Positions 1 through 13,579 of a DNA stretch of 64,000 nt are shown in pieces. Location: contig NC_081354.1 of the NCBI RefSeq assembly GCF_030684315.1, forward strand, positions 130,983,314-131,047,313, written 5' to 3'. The stretch's first letter is position 1. Every line of letters starts with the position of its first letter. The notes beneath the pieces were generated by a model. The model was not told the DNA's origin. It saw only the letters and a program-made list of their open reading frames with translations, and did not search any database. The position numbers were made by a program, and so were the translations under genes. This DNA comes from Stegostoma tigrinum. Lineage: Eukaryota.

Positions 1-1711
1 CATTAAAAAATCTTAAATGAAAAAGTTATAAGAACAAAGCTCTTCTCTTTTATGAAATAGGATCAGCTATGTTTAATGATTCATTCTGCAGGTTCTTCTA
101 AAACCAACATCTGGTTTCTCAGCCCTATGAAGGTAATTCTTTGAACATTACAAATGCCTCAAACTCAACATCATCATCAAAGCAAAGGATTAGTACAGGT
201 GGTGAATTGATAAGTTTGTGGATGGTTGAATCACCTGATTTGAGCCGTGTAATACTATTGACTGGTGCCTGAAATGTAATCATTACGCCCATGTTGCAAC
301 TTGTACCATGGGAGTAAAAATAGATTCAAGCATTTGAATCTGACATGTAAAAATGTTTGCGTTTGAACAGTAAAGCAGCTGAACAATTATAGCTTCACCA
401 TATTTTTAGATTAATGAAAGAAGAACATGAAACATTGTTGACAAAAAAGACTTGTGGCGGCACTCATGTGGGAGTGTCCAATGTATCAATCTGTGCATCT
501 TCAAGTTTATATATGACTAGCAACAAAGGGCTATAAGGACATCTTTAAATTTCCTCATCCAAAACATAATCTTCTTGTATCCAGGAAACATTTCCTTCAA
601 GCTTCATATATCACAAAATTATCAATTAATTTTACAACTTAGTTGGGTTACGGTGAAAGATCTGTGGTGCAGGTCTATATTTGGACCAAATATATTGTTG
701 TTACAAAGGAACAGCAAAGGCAAGGGACAAATGACCTCCTTTGATGTTTTAAACTTCTGAAATGCAATTTTACTACAACATGTTGTTCTCAAAATCATTC
801 TCCCATTATGTATTTGTTTAGTACTTCAATCAAGTGACAGTCTCTTAGTGTTAGTGCTGAAACAAACATCTGTTGACCTGCAATTTGTAACAGAGTTTTA
901 TTTTAGTGCAACATTTCTGTGTAAACCTGGTTTTAAGAATGAATTTTGCTGCTTGTAGATGCTTGAAACATGGGTTCTGGCAGACTGCTGAAGAAAATTA
1001 AAGTGCTGAACCAAGGTAGGGAGGATGGATTTTCGGCTTGAAGTAGGAGGGAGGAATTCTGATTCTTGGGCCACTGGGACCAGTTCTGGGACCAGTTCTG
1101 GGACAGAAGGCACCTATTAAAAAAAGGATAAGTCAAACTTCAATGGTGCTGTGACTAATACTTTGTGTCATGGTACATTAATGTAGTTAGAGAAAATTTT
1201 AACTAAATTGAGAGGCACAGCATACAGAATCAGTATTAGGTTTATTTGTCACTTGTACTCAAGTGTAGAACGTCATTCCAAGCGCAGTCTTAGCTACAAA
1301 GGTACCTAGGTATAAATTCTTAGGTACAAAATAGAAACATAAAGAAATAAGTTAAAAGGTTCTATATTAAAATTCTTCTGTAGGCATGTCCCTCCATACT
1401 AGGCTTTCCCAATGAGGGCACACTCTTCCCATGCTGGACTGAGTCTCTCACTGCCAACTGCCATCTAGTCTCACCATCTGCTTTGCTGGCAACTGCCATG
1501 CAGGCTCAGCAGCCACTCCTCTGCCAATCCCAACGTCTGCCACACTCTGGATTCCTGACTCCAATGCTATCACTGTCTCCCCAACTAAACTCTCTCCACA
1601 AGGTATGGAATAAAGAAGTAAACTTTTAAAAAAAAGGGGAAAATTGGCAAGAAAAGAAGAAACAAAAATAGGGAAAATGGACAGAGTGGACAAGAGCCCA
1701 GATGCTTCAGA

Positions 1712-1837
1712 GATAGTGGGAACTGCAGATGCTGGAGAATCTGAGATAACAAGGCGTAGAGCTGGATGAGCACAGCAGGGGAAGCAGCATCCGCGGAGCA
1801 GGAAGGCTGACGTTTCAGGTCTAGACCCTTTTCAGAA
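1712..1837 (-). mobile_element. Solo PLE terminal repeat (family A) with degenerate hammerhead
   Basis: Same repeat as the 3' end of the GIY-YIG-bearing copies at 42.2 kb and 55.4 kb; flanked by 10-bp TSD ATGCTTCAGA (1702-1711 / 1838-1847). Confidence 0.85.
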
Positions 1838-1976
1838 ATGCTTCAGAAAAGTGAGTTCATAAGATCGATGAATACTGATTCACAGAATTGTGGCAGGTTT
1901 AGATTGCCATGCTATGATATTGCAACCCAAATGGCGTTTGCTTCCTTTGGGTGGTAAAGTAATTATGTCCTTAATC

Positions 1977-2069
1977 CTGAAGAAGAGTCTCGGCCCAAAA
2001 TGTCAGATTTCCTGCTCCTCTGATGCTGTTTGGCCTGCTGTGTTCATCTAGCTCTACACTTTGTTATCT
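1977..2069 (+). mobile_element. Solo PLE terminal repeat (family A), degenerate hammerhead
   Basis: CTGAAGAAGAGTCTCGGCCCAAAATGTCAG...GCCTGCTGTGTTCATCTAGCTCTACACTTTGTTATCT matches family A. Confidence 0.8.
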
Positions 2070-2139
2070 AATAGCCCAGAAAAGAGGAATATGGTGCATA
2101 AAGTGAGATTGTTGGACAATGCTACAGAAGGCAGTAACA

Positions 2140-2935
2140 CAACATTAGATAGGAACTGACTAAGAAAGCGTATGAGAAATGCAAAGAAAGGTTGACAATG
2201 CATTTATAGGAAGACGCTCAGAGTGGTGATGAGGTCGGTGAGCTGAAAGTACAAAGGATAGTGTGGGAATACAATGTAATTGCTATAATAGAAGTATGGC
2301 TTAAAATTGCTGCGGTCTTTGTGCTTAATGGACAAGTTTACAAAGTGTTCAAAAAGATGGAGGAGTCAAAAAGGGAGACAGCAAGCTTCTGAAGGAAATT
2401 AAAAGGCAGGATCTTGAGGGCCGTAATCTCTGGATTACTTCCAGTGCTACATGCAATCCAGTGTGGAAGTAGGAATGTCGGCAGGATCAGTAGATGGCGA
2501 GAAGCATGGTGCAGGTGTTAGAAAAGAGAGAAAAAAGAGAAGTGAGGTGGGAAGACTACTAATTAGGGAAGGCATTGCAGTATTAAAAACAGGGGAGTCT
2601 TTGGTGGGGAAAGGACAGAACCTATTTGGGTAGAGTTGAGAAGTAAAAAATGTTAGACTACTTGGAATATTGTACAGGCCTCCAAGCATCAGGAGAAATA
2701 AGAGGAGTTACAGAAGAACAAACCTTCATGGAAATCACTGAGATATGTAAACAAAAATAACATAGTGATACTGAAGACTTTAATTACTTGAATATCAATT
2801 GAGTTAATTCAGATTAAAGGACAAGGAAGGGAAGGAATTTCTGTTCTCTGTCCAACCTGGAAGGATGTTTTGTTAGATCAGTTTTGGAAAGCATGTAGGT
2901 CAATTGGGCAAAGGGCTAATTTTTGGCTTTGAGTT
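2140..2935 (+). mobile_element. Old CR1-type LINE, endonuclease-region relic
   Basis: Degenerate APE-domain motifs (IAIIEVWL, WVELR, YRPP, EDFNY) with stops and frameshifts; appears to continue at about 4100-4500. Confidence 0.6.
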
Positions 2936-3490
2936 AGATGTACGTTGTTCCTGGACCAGTAAACCTGGCTTTTAGGACATCTGTCCAGACATTGATTTTT
3001 GGTGACCCCAGACTGAGCTCTCGGAGCAGAAGCTGCTTAATGCAGAGGCAGGCTGCGTGGGAGGCCTGCTTCCATTCATTGGCACTGTATTGGAGCATCA
3101 ATACAAGGAATAAGAAATCAAACTGCCTAACAGCCCCAATTCCTCAGGACCCATGCAGAGATGAGATCATTTAAAGTTATCTTAAATAAAGTTCTAAGTG
3201 TATACTGCAGGCTCCATTACAATAAAAATACTCTCACTCATAAACAATTCACTACATTTGCACTCTTCAATTTCGTAAAGCCTCATGAGCAAAATAAAAT
3301 TCACACAAATGCATAATTTTTAAAAACAACAAGCACTGAAATTTGTATAGTCCCACTTCAAAGAATCACTTTGAAGCTATGAATCAAACTGAAATGGCAG
3401 GCACACTACTATGAAATTGGATGGTCGTGAAATCATTTGTGCAGTAGTGAGTCAGTAAAGGAAGCTCAGACATTTTCTCAATGTTTTAAA

Positions 3491-3650
3491 GGACAGCATT
3501 TTTAAATGTTTTAGCTTTTTGGCAGCTCGCTTTGACATTTGCTTTTGACAGGTTCTCTTGACACTTTTATCAGCTCCCCCTGACAGCTGCATCCGTTCAC
3601 AGTTGGTTTGACAGGTCTGTTGACAGATTCAATGAGCTTGACAGTTCATG
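3491..3650 (+). promoter_or_regulatory. Candidate enhancer: cluster of TGACAG (Meis/Pknox/TGIF-type) motifs
   Basis: TGACAG at 3546, 3581, 3609, 3621 and 3639, plus TGACA at 3533 and 3559, all on the + strand with non-repetitive spacers. Confidence 0.45.
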
Positions 3651-6513
3651 AATTTATCTGTTTTTTACTCATATCATGTTTGGTATTAACCAGTCCAAAG
3701 GTCACCTTATCCCCGCGAAGAGCATCTACCCACCACCACAGGTGTCCTGGGTCGATGTACAAATAAGTAGCTTATCTTTCCAAAGGTCTAACCAAAGTAA
3801 TCTATAAACTTCAGACTTACTGCTTTTACCAGGTTTACATTGTGAGACTTCTCATTTCTGGGCTACCAAAGCCAGAAAGGACCAGCACATGTGCAGGTCC
3901 TGAATTGGCCCAGACCTGTCACTCCAAAAATGTTAAGTGTTAAACTGGAGTAGTGGCGGGTGGGGGCGTGCTGGTGGTGGTACAGTGGTGGGGGTGGAGG
4001 TGGAGGCAAGAATTTGATTTCTTGACTCATCCACAATTTTTTGCCATGAAGGAGATTCTACCTTTCATGGTGAATTTCCAGGCCTAACTCTCTGTGCCAG
4101 AACATATGAGTAAAAATGATCATCATATCATTATGCTATGGTTAGTAATGGAAGAAGGCAAGGAATAATATCATGTAGAACTTCTCAGTTAGATGAGGGC
4201 TAATTTAAATCAGATGTGAAGGCTGGAGTAATATAGATTAGAGAAAACAGAAAACACTGAATTGAATGGAATGGACCAAGGGATGATCTTTCAGGAAAAG
4301 ATGTTTCAGATCCAAGCTAGTTATGTTCATATAAATTCAAAAAGGAAAGGTGCCAAAAACCTGGCTCCTTGAATGACAGGGAAGTTAGAGATTTTAATGA
4401 AAATTCAATGAGTGTATTATGCCAACCAGGCAATCATTTCAATATGAACCTGGTCAAATACAATGGGTTGAGAGGGGAGATGAAAGTGAAAATATGTATG
4501 ACAAAGAGAAAATGATTGTCAAAAGGTGACCCAAATGTACAACACAGAAATCCATTCAGCACAGCAAACCCATGACACTGTTTATGTTCTACCTTCCAAT
4601 TTTCTTCATTTAACCTCATCTCTGCAAGAGGGCACTCCCAATATAGATTCAATCTTTCCATGCTGCATCATTCTATGATTCAATATATGTCTCTGATGAG
4701 GCACTACTCCTACTCTTATAAAACTAAGCTCAGCACTCTAACTGTTTTGTCTAATAACAAAGTACAGGAATGAAGTGAGGTTTTTAAAGATTTTCTTGTT
4801 TGTGTCTTTCCTGTCTCAAGAGCTAGAAAAATTGTCTGGGCTCCTAGCAAATCTGTTAGAGCTGCTGGCAAAGGCTCGAGTGCTGTGCGCTCTCAGTGTC
4901 CACCAACAGACACCTTCTCCATGATTGACTGCTCTGTTGCAATTCTCTACAAGAAGACCTCACACTAATTAGAGTTGGACTTCTTGACACTTTGAACCAA
5001 TATGTGAAGGTTTACTGACTCACATGCCAAGATATTTCTGCCTCAGCTTTCGGTTTTCTTCTCAGGCCTGGGTTATTAAAGTCACCTTTGGTAGTTACAA
5101 CTGTAGGATACAGGATGACACAGTTTACCTCCTTCATAAGTCATTTGATTCCCACAGTCTGGTCCAGGATATGAATACAAATTCCTTGCAGATTCCACCT
5201 AACACCCCCACTGGGCTATACATGATGCTAATATCTGATCTGATGTTTGAAAGGATGCAGCTAAATGACGCACTGCCTTCCTAGGAACGATCTTTGTTTT
5301 CTCTACTTGCTCAGAACCATTTACTACCTCATGACCTGAAATGGAAGAAAGGTCAATGAGTATCTGGTGCTGAAGAATAATTATACAAGACTCAAAGCAT
5401 TAACTCAGTTTGCATCTCCACGCTTGCTGCTGGACCTCTTGAGCTTCTCCAGTTTTCTCTGTGTTAGTTTCAGAGTAACCCCAATAAGCAGAGAGAGATG
5501 AAAGACCGCTGAAAACAATAATGTTTGATAATGTACAATGGGAACATGTTAGAAGAAAGTGCAATCTCACTGTGGACTCATAACTGGTCACAAACCAAAT
5601 TTAGCAACTTGAAGGTCTCAGCAGTTTATCCTCTTTATCATCCTGTGGAATTAAACAAGAATTACTAGGTGGTTTAAACTGTAGCGTGTATGAACTTGCT
5701 GCAGGCGTAAGACCTCTCACTTTGTAGCTTCAAAGGAACTCGCATCCAATAGACGTTCTTCATAATGGGTCCAAACTTGGGTGTCTGCTGGTATTCTTTG
5801 CGCTCAATGCTCACTTACATTATGAGAAGTCATCTATGGCATTAAAGTTTTGTGGAATTTAAAATTATTCTTATTTGAATGAAAGATTGTTAGATTTATG
5901 AGAATTTAGATTTGAAAGGTAATGGCCAGGACATAATACTTAAAGAGGTAAGAGCTGGGCATCACTTCTGAGCCAGAAGCCAATATACTTTAGATGCACA
6001 GAGGAACTTTATAAGCCAAGGTCGGGCCTGCCAAGGAATCGGGAGCAGATATCCCACCCCTAAAGGCTACTGATCAATCAGAGCAACGTATGCTGCTAGT
6101 AATGCTCTAAGGTCTACCCAAAGAGTTGGTGCTGGATGCTTGGGTCGCAGATGGACATTGCACAGAAGATTCACCAGAGAGAATTAGCAGAAAGCTAGAA
6201 ACAAGGATGGGGGTTGGCTTTCAGTGGACAACACATCACATCACCTTCCCAATGGTGAGTCCCTTGATCGAGCACTGAATGTATGCTAGGGTATAATGGA
6301 CACCAACTTCTTCCATACGAGGCTCAAGCAAGCTTTACAGGATTTCCTGGACAAACAGCTGGAATATCTTGCAAGTTCTATTAAATCCTGCATTAAGTTC
6401 CAATGGACGCAGGAGTAATTGGTTTCAAGTGTCTAAATAATAAGCCTGAATGATATTGTCTTGAATGGCCATTGGGATTCATGTGTTGGTCCCTAACATA
6501 TCTGGAGGAACTA

Positions 6514-6640
6514 GGAGACAATAAGGACTGCAGATTCAGAAAGCCAGAGTCTGTAGGTGTAACTCTGGAGTCCTGATTAAGGGTTTCGGCCTGAAACATT
6601 GACTTTCCTGTTCTTCTAATGCTGTCTGATCTGCTGGGCT
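6514..6640. mobile_element. Degenerate PLE terminal-repeat fragment
   Basis: CTGATTAAGGGTTTCGGCCTGAAACATTGACTTTCC (decayed hammerhead) preceded by an inverted tail segment. Confidence 0.55.
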
Positions 6641-6812
6641 TATCTGGGGACAATTTTTTCAATGGCAGGAATCATTTGGGATGATTCTCCCACCTAATTC
6701 CCCTCACCCTTGCCACTGACATGAGGCCTATTCCAGTGGCCTCAAATAAATTCTGCACCAATCTGATCTAATGCTAACTAAAGTCAAACAGCTTCTCAAG
6801 AATAAGAGCAAA

Positions 6813-6965
6813 AGGAAAGTACTGCTGGTGATGAAGATCTGAAATCAAAGCAAATTGCTGGAGAATCTCAACAGGTCCGGCAGCATCTGTCAAGAGAGAA
6901 AAATAGAGTTAACATTGCAAGCCATCTATGACTCTATGTGTTTTGAGTTAGCTTGCTCTTTTCCA
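6813..6965 (-). mobile_element. PLE terminal repeat (family D-like), degenerate
   Basis: TTGCTGGAGAATCTCAACAGGTCCGGCAGCATCTGT...AGAGTTAAC is shared with 12151 and 17843. Confidence 0.55.
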
Positions 6966-8639
6966 TGCATGTTGTAGTCCTAGAACTATGAAAGATGATT
7001 GTAGAGGATCCAATTTTCTTTCCATCACATTGCTGCCCAGGAATCTCATCTAGTTTTATCAGCTGCTATAGCACGAAATACAGCATCATGTACAACTTGT
7101 TTGGCCACATTCTATATTCAGTCTCTACCAATTTATATGTAATGAAGGCTTTTTACCTTTAGTTCAAGAAAATGGGCATTGGCCCAAACAGAGATCGTAA
7201 AATATTAATATCATACATAGTTCTGTAAATTGTTAATTTACAATGAATAACAGCTTAGTTTCAACCATATTTTTCTTTAAGGATTGTCTCTATATTTGTT
7301 ACATGTTTTAATATTTTCTTAAAAGTAGCCCTGGGCAATAAATATGTCGGTGTGCCTTTAAATTGATAATATAAAGATATTAGGAGCACCTATGAAATTA
7401 AATTGACCATGTAAATGCTTTGTAATTATAAATCCATCTCATTTTAATGTTCCAGTTATTTTACACACAAAGTCTGAATTATTCTGTTGGAAGCAACTCT
7501 ATAAATGATGATGGAGGGTTTCATTATCCCTTAGCACAAACCATTTAATTAAGTTAAAAATGACAAGGAGCGGAATATCTGGGCAAGTGCACTGTCTATA
7601 CAAGTCAAAATATACAAAATCTGGGAAACCCCCAATTTTCTTTTAGTTACTTTCATGAAAGATTGTTTTCAAAGTTTCCCTGGCCCAGAATTTCGGTGCA
7701 GACACCATAACACATTAAATTAAGGAGTGACTGCTTATTCGTCTCTACAGCATCTGAAGAGCTGAATGGATGAGTCGCAGGTTTCTTTTTGTTCTACTTT
7801 ACGACCACATGAAAGTACATAAAGCTCAAATCCTATAAATCAGATAGCACCTGCAGATTTCTAACCTTCTGAAGAAAGCAGGTGTAAATATCATCTCAAG
7901 AAGCAGCTCAGCAAATCTATGAAGACCTTTTAACAGTAAAACCTTTTCAAAAGGATGAAACATTTTTGAGAATAACACTATTATATTCCTTTTCTTACAG
8001 TGAAATCTGTTCCACTGAGAGTGTTTCACATTCTTTTGCATTTCTGCACAATGGTTAAACCAATAAAAGCCCTGCATAGACTTGGGTCTAGATCAACATT
8101 TGGGAAATTTTACTGCCTGTTTTCACATGTTGTGAGGCAGCAGGATGAATAGACTGAATCTGCTGATGCCAACAGCAGTAAATGTTGAGACATTTACACC
8201 TATTGTTCATCCTGATCTTTCAGTCCTAACTCATGCACATGTGCAACAATTGCCTGAGCTGTTTAGTATTCTAATGGGAAGACTTGTGTTGCCAGAGCCA
8301 CTCTGTCAATTTGTCTAACAATGACCAATGACCACATGGCTAACTCCCTGACCTGACTCCACACAAGCCCTCAGCTTGAATACCTGCTCTGCATAACAGC
8401 CTCCCTAGGCATGCACCTCTAATCTAAATACACACTATGAATACCTGCCTCATCGTACCACTTGAACCCTTGGCTTATAGTTTCAGGAACAATGCCTGGT
8501 AAGATGGGTCTCCAAACACCTTAGAGGCTTGTGAGGTAATTGATAAGGTAAGTTTGGTAAGACATGGTGATATAACTACCTCGGCCTCTGGGCAGAGATT
8601 CCTCCAAAAAACTAGATACTACTCAGATTTCACCAAAAA

Positions 8640-10850
8640 ACATAAGATTGTGCTCATAGAATCAATTTGGGTGGTGTTGAGGAATGGCAGGAGAAGAAGT
8701 CATGCGTGGGAGCGGTTTGCAGGACTGCTAACAGTAACCACAATCCCAGTCAAAGATTAGAGCAAGAAATCTGTGGGCAGTTTTGGTCCCCTTATTTAAG
8801 CAAACTTATCATTTCATTGGAGATGGTCCCTGATATGGAGGGATTGTATTATGGACAAAGGCTAAACAGGTTGGTGTTCTACTCGCTGGAGTTTAGAAGA
8901 ATGAGAGGTGATCTCATTGAAACATATAGGATTTTAAGGGGCTTGACAGGGTAAATGCCAAGACGATGTATCCCCTTACGGTAGAGTGCAGGATCAGAGG
9001 GCATCATCTCAGAATAAAGGAGCCTCAATGTAAGACTGAAATGAAAGGTATTTCTTCTCTCAGAGGGGAGTGTGTCTTTGGAACTCCTTTCCACAGAAAG
9101 GTGTGGGGACAGAATCCAAGTGTATATTTAAGTCTGAGAAAGATAGATTCTTGACCAGTAGAGGAATCCAGGATTATGGGAAAAGGCAGGAAAGTGGTCA
9201 TGAGGAACATCAGATCAGTCATGATCCTATTGAATTGCAGAGCAGGCTCAAGGGACTGAACAGCCTACTCTTGCTCCTATATCTTATGGACAACCATATC
9301 ATCTGGATTTGAAGCAGTAGCCAGGACAAGGAGTTCACAGAATCACAGATAGTTTTTCAGAGTAGTTTATGTTGGCCTTGGTATTGTGCATTGTAACAGC
9401 ATTAATTAATGACCCCCAGATTGCAAGTATCCTCTAAGTGTTTATCAGCTAACGTACAATTGAAATTGATATCCAGTTTGAAATGGGGGAGATGGGATCC
9501 AACACTAATATTTGACACTTAGAAAAGGGGCAAAGATGTGGGTGTGGAAGCTGAATAAGCTGGAAAGAACTGGCAAAATAGCTAGGAGGTATATCAATAT
9601 AGAAGCATTGGCAGATATTTCAGGGGATATCTCAGAAAAGTCAGAGTAAATATATTTCTACAATAAAGAGACAATTCAGCATTTACTAAAGCAAAGAATT
9701 TAGGAAAAGCATCAAACTTGACCAAAAAGCATAATATATAATATACAATATCCTGGGATGTGAATGTTATTGGCTGGGTGTGTAAAGATGGCATCCATAC
9801 ATAATCCCCTTTCTTAAGGCCATTCAGATTTTTCAATCAAACCATCCTTCTCTCTTCTAAATTCCAGTGGAAAGAAGCTCAGCCTTTCTATTCTATGCTC
9901 ACGGCAGAAATGTCTGAAAGTTTATCAAAGGGATGCAATCTCTCGAGAGAGAGCAAGAACAGAAATTTAGTAGAAGACAATAAGGAAACAGTGGATAAAA
10001 TTAAGAAAAAGTTACACAAAGAAGGCTACAAGAAAGATATTAGGGACATAGATATCTGAAATGAATAGGATAAAGATTTGACAAATAGAGTTTAACGTGG
10101 GGAAATGTGCAATTATCCATTTTGGCAGGAAAAATACAGAAGAAACATAATGTTTAAATGGTGAGAGATTGCAAAGTTATGAGATATGGAGGGATCTGGG
10201 CATGAATCACAAAAGGCTGGTATGGAGGTACAGCAAGTAATTAGGCAAACTAATAGAATATTGTGGCCGTACATATGAACTTATGAAATGGGAGCAATGT
10301 AGACCATTCAGTCCTTTGAGTGTGGAGTACAGTGCACAATACTGATCATCGCATTTACAAAAGGATGTTAATGCATTGGAAACAGTTCAGAGAAAGTTTA
10401 AGAGGAGAGTCTAGACAGACTAGGCATATATCCTCAAGAGTTTAGAAGCGTCAGGGGTGACTTAATTGAAACTTTTAAATCCTGAGGACACTTGGCTGTG
10501 TGGACATTCAAAGGAAGTTTCTTCTTGTGGGAGAATCTAAAAGTAAAGGCCATAGTTTAAAAGCAACGGGGCACCTATTTAAAACAGAGAGGTGAAAACA
10601 TTTTTCTCTCTCAGGTAGTCAAGAGTCTTTGGAATTCCCTGCTTCAAAAGACAGTGGATGCAGAATCTCAACATTTTAAGGCAGAAGCAGAGAGATTCTT
10701 GATTGCCAAGGAAATAAAAGATTACTGGGGATATGCAGGAGTGTAGAGTTGAGGTGAAAATCAGTTCATCCATGATCTTATTGAATGATGGAGCAGTGTT
10801 AAAGGACTGAGTGGCCTACTCTTGTTCCTTGTTTATATGTTCATATGGTC
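8640..10850 (+). mobile_element. Cluster of nested CR1-type LINE fragments
   Basis: IESIWVVLRN (endonuclease region) and FYSLEFRRMRGDLIETYRILRG (RT C-terminus); two CR1 3' ends at about 9290 and about 10850. Confidence 0.8.
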
Positions 10851-11309
10851 ACATCTGCTCTGTTCTTCAATAGAATAGAATAGTAGAATAGAATAATAAT
10901 TTATTGTCACTTGTATTTTTACAAGAAATATAGTACGAAGTGTTTAAGTCACCATTCTCTGGTGTCTATATTAATAACAGAAATCATACAGAAAATAATT
11001 TAAGACAAAGTCCATCTTAGTTCAGTTCAAGGCTGATGGGTTCTCAAAGCCGAGGAAAAGACAGGAACTAGATTCTCCACCACAGCAGAAATCTGATTTC
11101 AAAGTTGTCGAGTCTCATGCTGTTGCAATCCTGAATTGGATCACCACGCTGCTGAAGACACTGCACAATCTGCCCCAACAACCCACTTCATCACCAAAAC
11201 CATCACTGAGGTAGACCACCACACTGGACCATTGGAATCGGGGTTGGAAGACACTGCAGAAGCCGCATCAAGGAATTCCGGGCCATTGAAATACATGGCC
11301 GGACCCACC

Positions 11310-11700
11310 TTAATAAGATTGTGCTGATCTGTTCGTGTTTCAACTTCCACATTCCCACTGTCCCCCAATAACCTTTGATTCTCTTAATCTATCCACGTCT
11401 TAGTAATGTTCAATGAACCAACTTCTACCGCCTTCAGAGGCAGAGGGCCCCATAGCCACATAATACTTTAAAAGAAAAAATATACCATCATCTCTGTCGT
11501 TATTTTAAACAGTACCCCCAGCTCTGGCTTCCACAGAGAAAGGTGGCATCCTTTCCATGTCTACCTTGTTGAGACTATTTAGGTTCTTGTGCATTTCAAT
11601 CAATTCATATCTCTCTTGTTTAAACTTTGGTGGAAACAAACCCAGCCTGTATAACCTATCCTCATAAGGTAAACCACTCATTCCAAGCATCAATCCATTA
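11310..11700 (-). mobile_element. CR1-type LINE 3' fragment
   Basis: ORF 11505-11693 GLPYEDRLYRLGLF...ELIEMHK. Confidence 0.75.
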
Positions 11701-12150
11701 CCTCATGCCAATCCTTTGCTTTTTCCCTAGACTCAGCTGATTATTTTTATCCAATTGCCCAATATCCCTTGAATGCCTAAGTTGAACCTGCCTCCACTGT
11801 ATTGCTAAGCATTGCATTCCATACCCTATTTGCCAAGTGAAAAACTTATTTGTCATATCACTGTTGCTTTGTTTGAAAATAACTTTAAATCTATACCCTT
11901 GCCTTTTTTTTTACAGTTGCTCATTAGCAACTCTGTCCTGCACACTTATGATTCTGAAAATCTCTATCAGATGTCTCGTAGCCTTTTTGACTCCATGGAG
12001 AACTGTTCCAATTTCTCTAATCTATTTCATAGCTGTAGTTTCTCATTCCTGGAACTATTCTTGTTAATTCCTTCTGCGCTGTCTTGAATCATACATAATT
12101 TTTCCATAACCCAGAACTGTATAGAATACTCCAACTGAGATCTAATTAGT

Positions 12151-12255
12151 AACAAAAACAAAGTTGCTGGAAAAGCTCAGCAGATCTTACAGCATCTGTG
12201 AAGGAAAAAACAGAGTTAACTTTTCTGGTCCGGTGACCTTTCCTCATTGAGGAAG
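12151..12255 (-). mobile_element. PLE terminal repeat (family D) inside a CR1 relic
   Basis: Reverse complement reads TGAGGAAAGGTCACCGGACCAGAAAAGTTAACTCTG, a decayed hammerhead. Confidence 0.6.
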
Positions 12256-12415
12256 ATCTAGCAAGTGTATTATACAAGTTCAAAATCACTTCCTTGTTAT
12301 TGTACTCTATTCCCCAGTTTAAAAAAAAGCTGAGGACACTATATACTTTATTAACTGCTCTCTATAGTTGTCCTGTCACCTTGAATGATCTGTGCAGCCA
12401 AGTCCCTTTGCTCCT

Positions 12416-12820
12416 GAGATAATGGGAACTGCAGATGCTGGAGAATCCGAGATAACAAAGTGTGGAGCTGGATGAACGCAACAGGCCAAGCAGCATCTTA
12501 GAAGCACAAAGGCTGACTTTTGGGCCAAGACCCTTCATCAGAAAAGGGGGATGGGGAGAGGATTCTGAAATAAATAGGGAGAGAGGGGGAGGTGGGCCGA
12601 AGATGGATAGAGGAGAAGATAGGTGGAGAGGAGAGTATAGGTGTGTAGGTAGGGAGGGGATAGGTCAGCCCAGGGAAGACGGACAGGTCAAGGGGCGGGA
12701 TGAGGTTAGGATGTAGGAAAGGGAGGTGCGGCTTGCGGTGGGAGGAGGGGATAGGTGAGAAGAAGAACAGGCTAGGGAGGCGGGGACGAGCTGGGCTGGT
12801 TTTGGGATGCAGTGGGGGCA
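12416..12820 (-). mobile_element. 5'-truncated PLE (family A): C-rich 3' region plus terminal repeat
   Basis: Collinear with the reverse complement of about 55800-56199. Confidence 0.85.
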
Positions 12821-13065
12821 GTCTTTGTTGTTAAAGTTGATCTTGACACCAGTTATTTGTTGATGATTTGAATCATCAGTATAGTGTAATTTGTAAAATC
12901 CTTGAGTTTATGCTGAAAGGATGATTTGCTGATATGTTTTTCCACCAATGCAGGCTTTCGAGATGATGAGAACAAAAGAAGGAGACAGAGATAGACCCCT
13001 CCAATCCTTTTTGGTGCCAATCAATTTTCTCTCTCTGCTGCGCTACCAAGCAGCTACTGAAATAT

Positions 13066-13160
13066 AGATAACACAGTGCAGAGCTGGGGGAACACAGCAG
13101 ACCAAGCAGCATCAGAGGCGCAGGAAAGCCGATGTTTCGGGTCGGGACCTACTTCAGAAA
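13066..13160 (-). mobile_element. Solo PLE terminal repeat (family A)
   Basis: Family A match; CTACTGAAA is repeated on both sides. Confidence 0.8.
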
Positions 13161-13579
13161 ATGCGAAATGTTCTACTGAAACATGTTTCATTCATGTATT
13201 CACCAATCTGACTCCATTGTGTCTCCATTAGGGATAGTTGTCAGAAGATTTCAGGAAGGCCTGGTATAAGAACATAAGAATGTAACAGACAGGAGCAGGA
13301 ATAGACCATCTGGCCCATCAAGCCTGCTCTACCATTCAATAAGATCATGGCTGATCTTTTCATGGACTCAGCTATAATTCATTGAAACAGTTATCAAACA
13401 GGTAAAGTACAGTTCTTTTATTTTCTTTTTCTAAATTATCCCTTAAATGTATCTGTCTGCACCTCCATCAGTGTGTGAGAAGGAATTTATATTCAAAAAA
13501 GAGCAGGCTTAAATCACAGAATTTTGTTGCCTTGCGGTTCATCAGTGTTCTGCTAAAGTTGCATTAATAATATAAAGTG

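Noticed and set aside
959-1015. AG/GT-bounded 57-nt candidate exon
   Set aside because: Stops in all three frames and no recognisable peptide.
1076-1106. GGGACCAGTTCT tandem repeat (about 2.5 units)
   Set aside because: Short local duplication with no further structure.
5600-5900. Minus-strand splice-like signals and short open peptides
   Set aside because: No recognisable homology and no consistent gene model.
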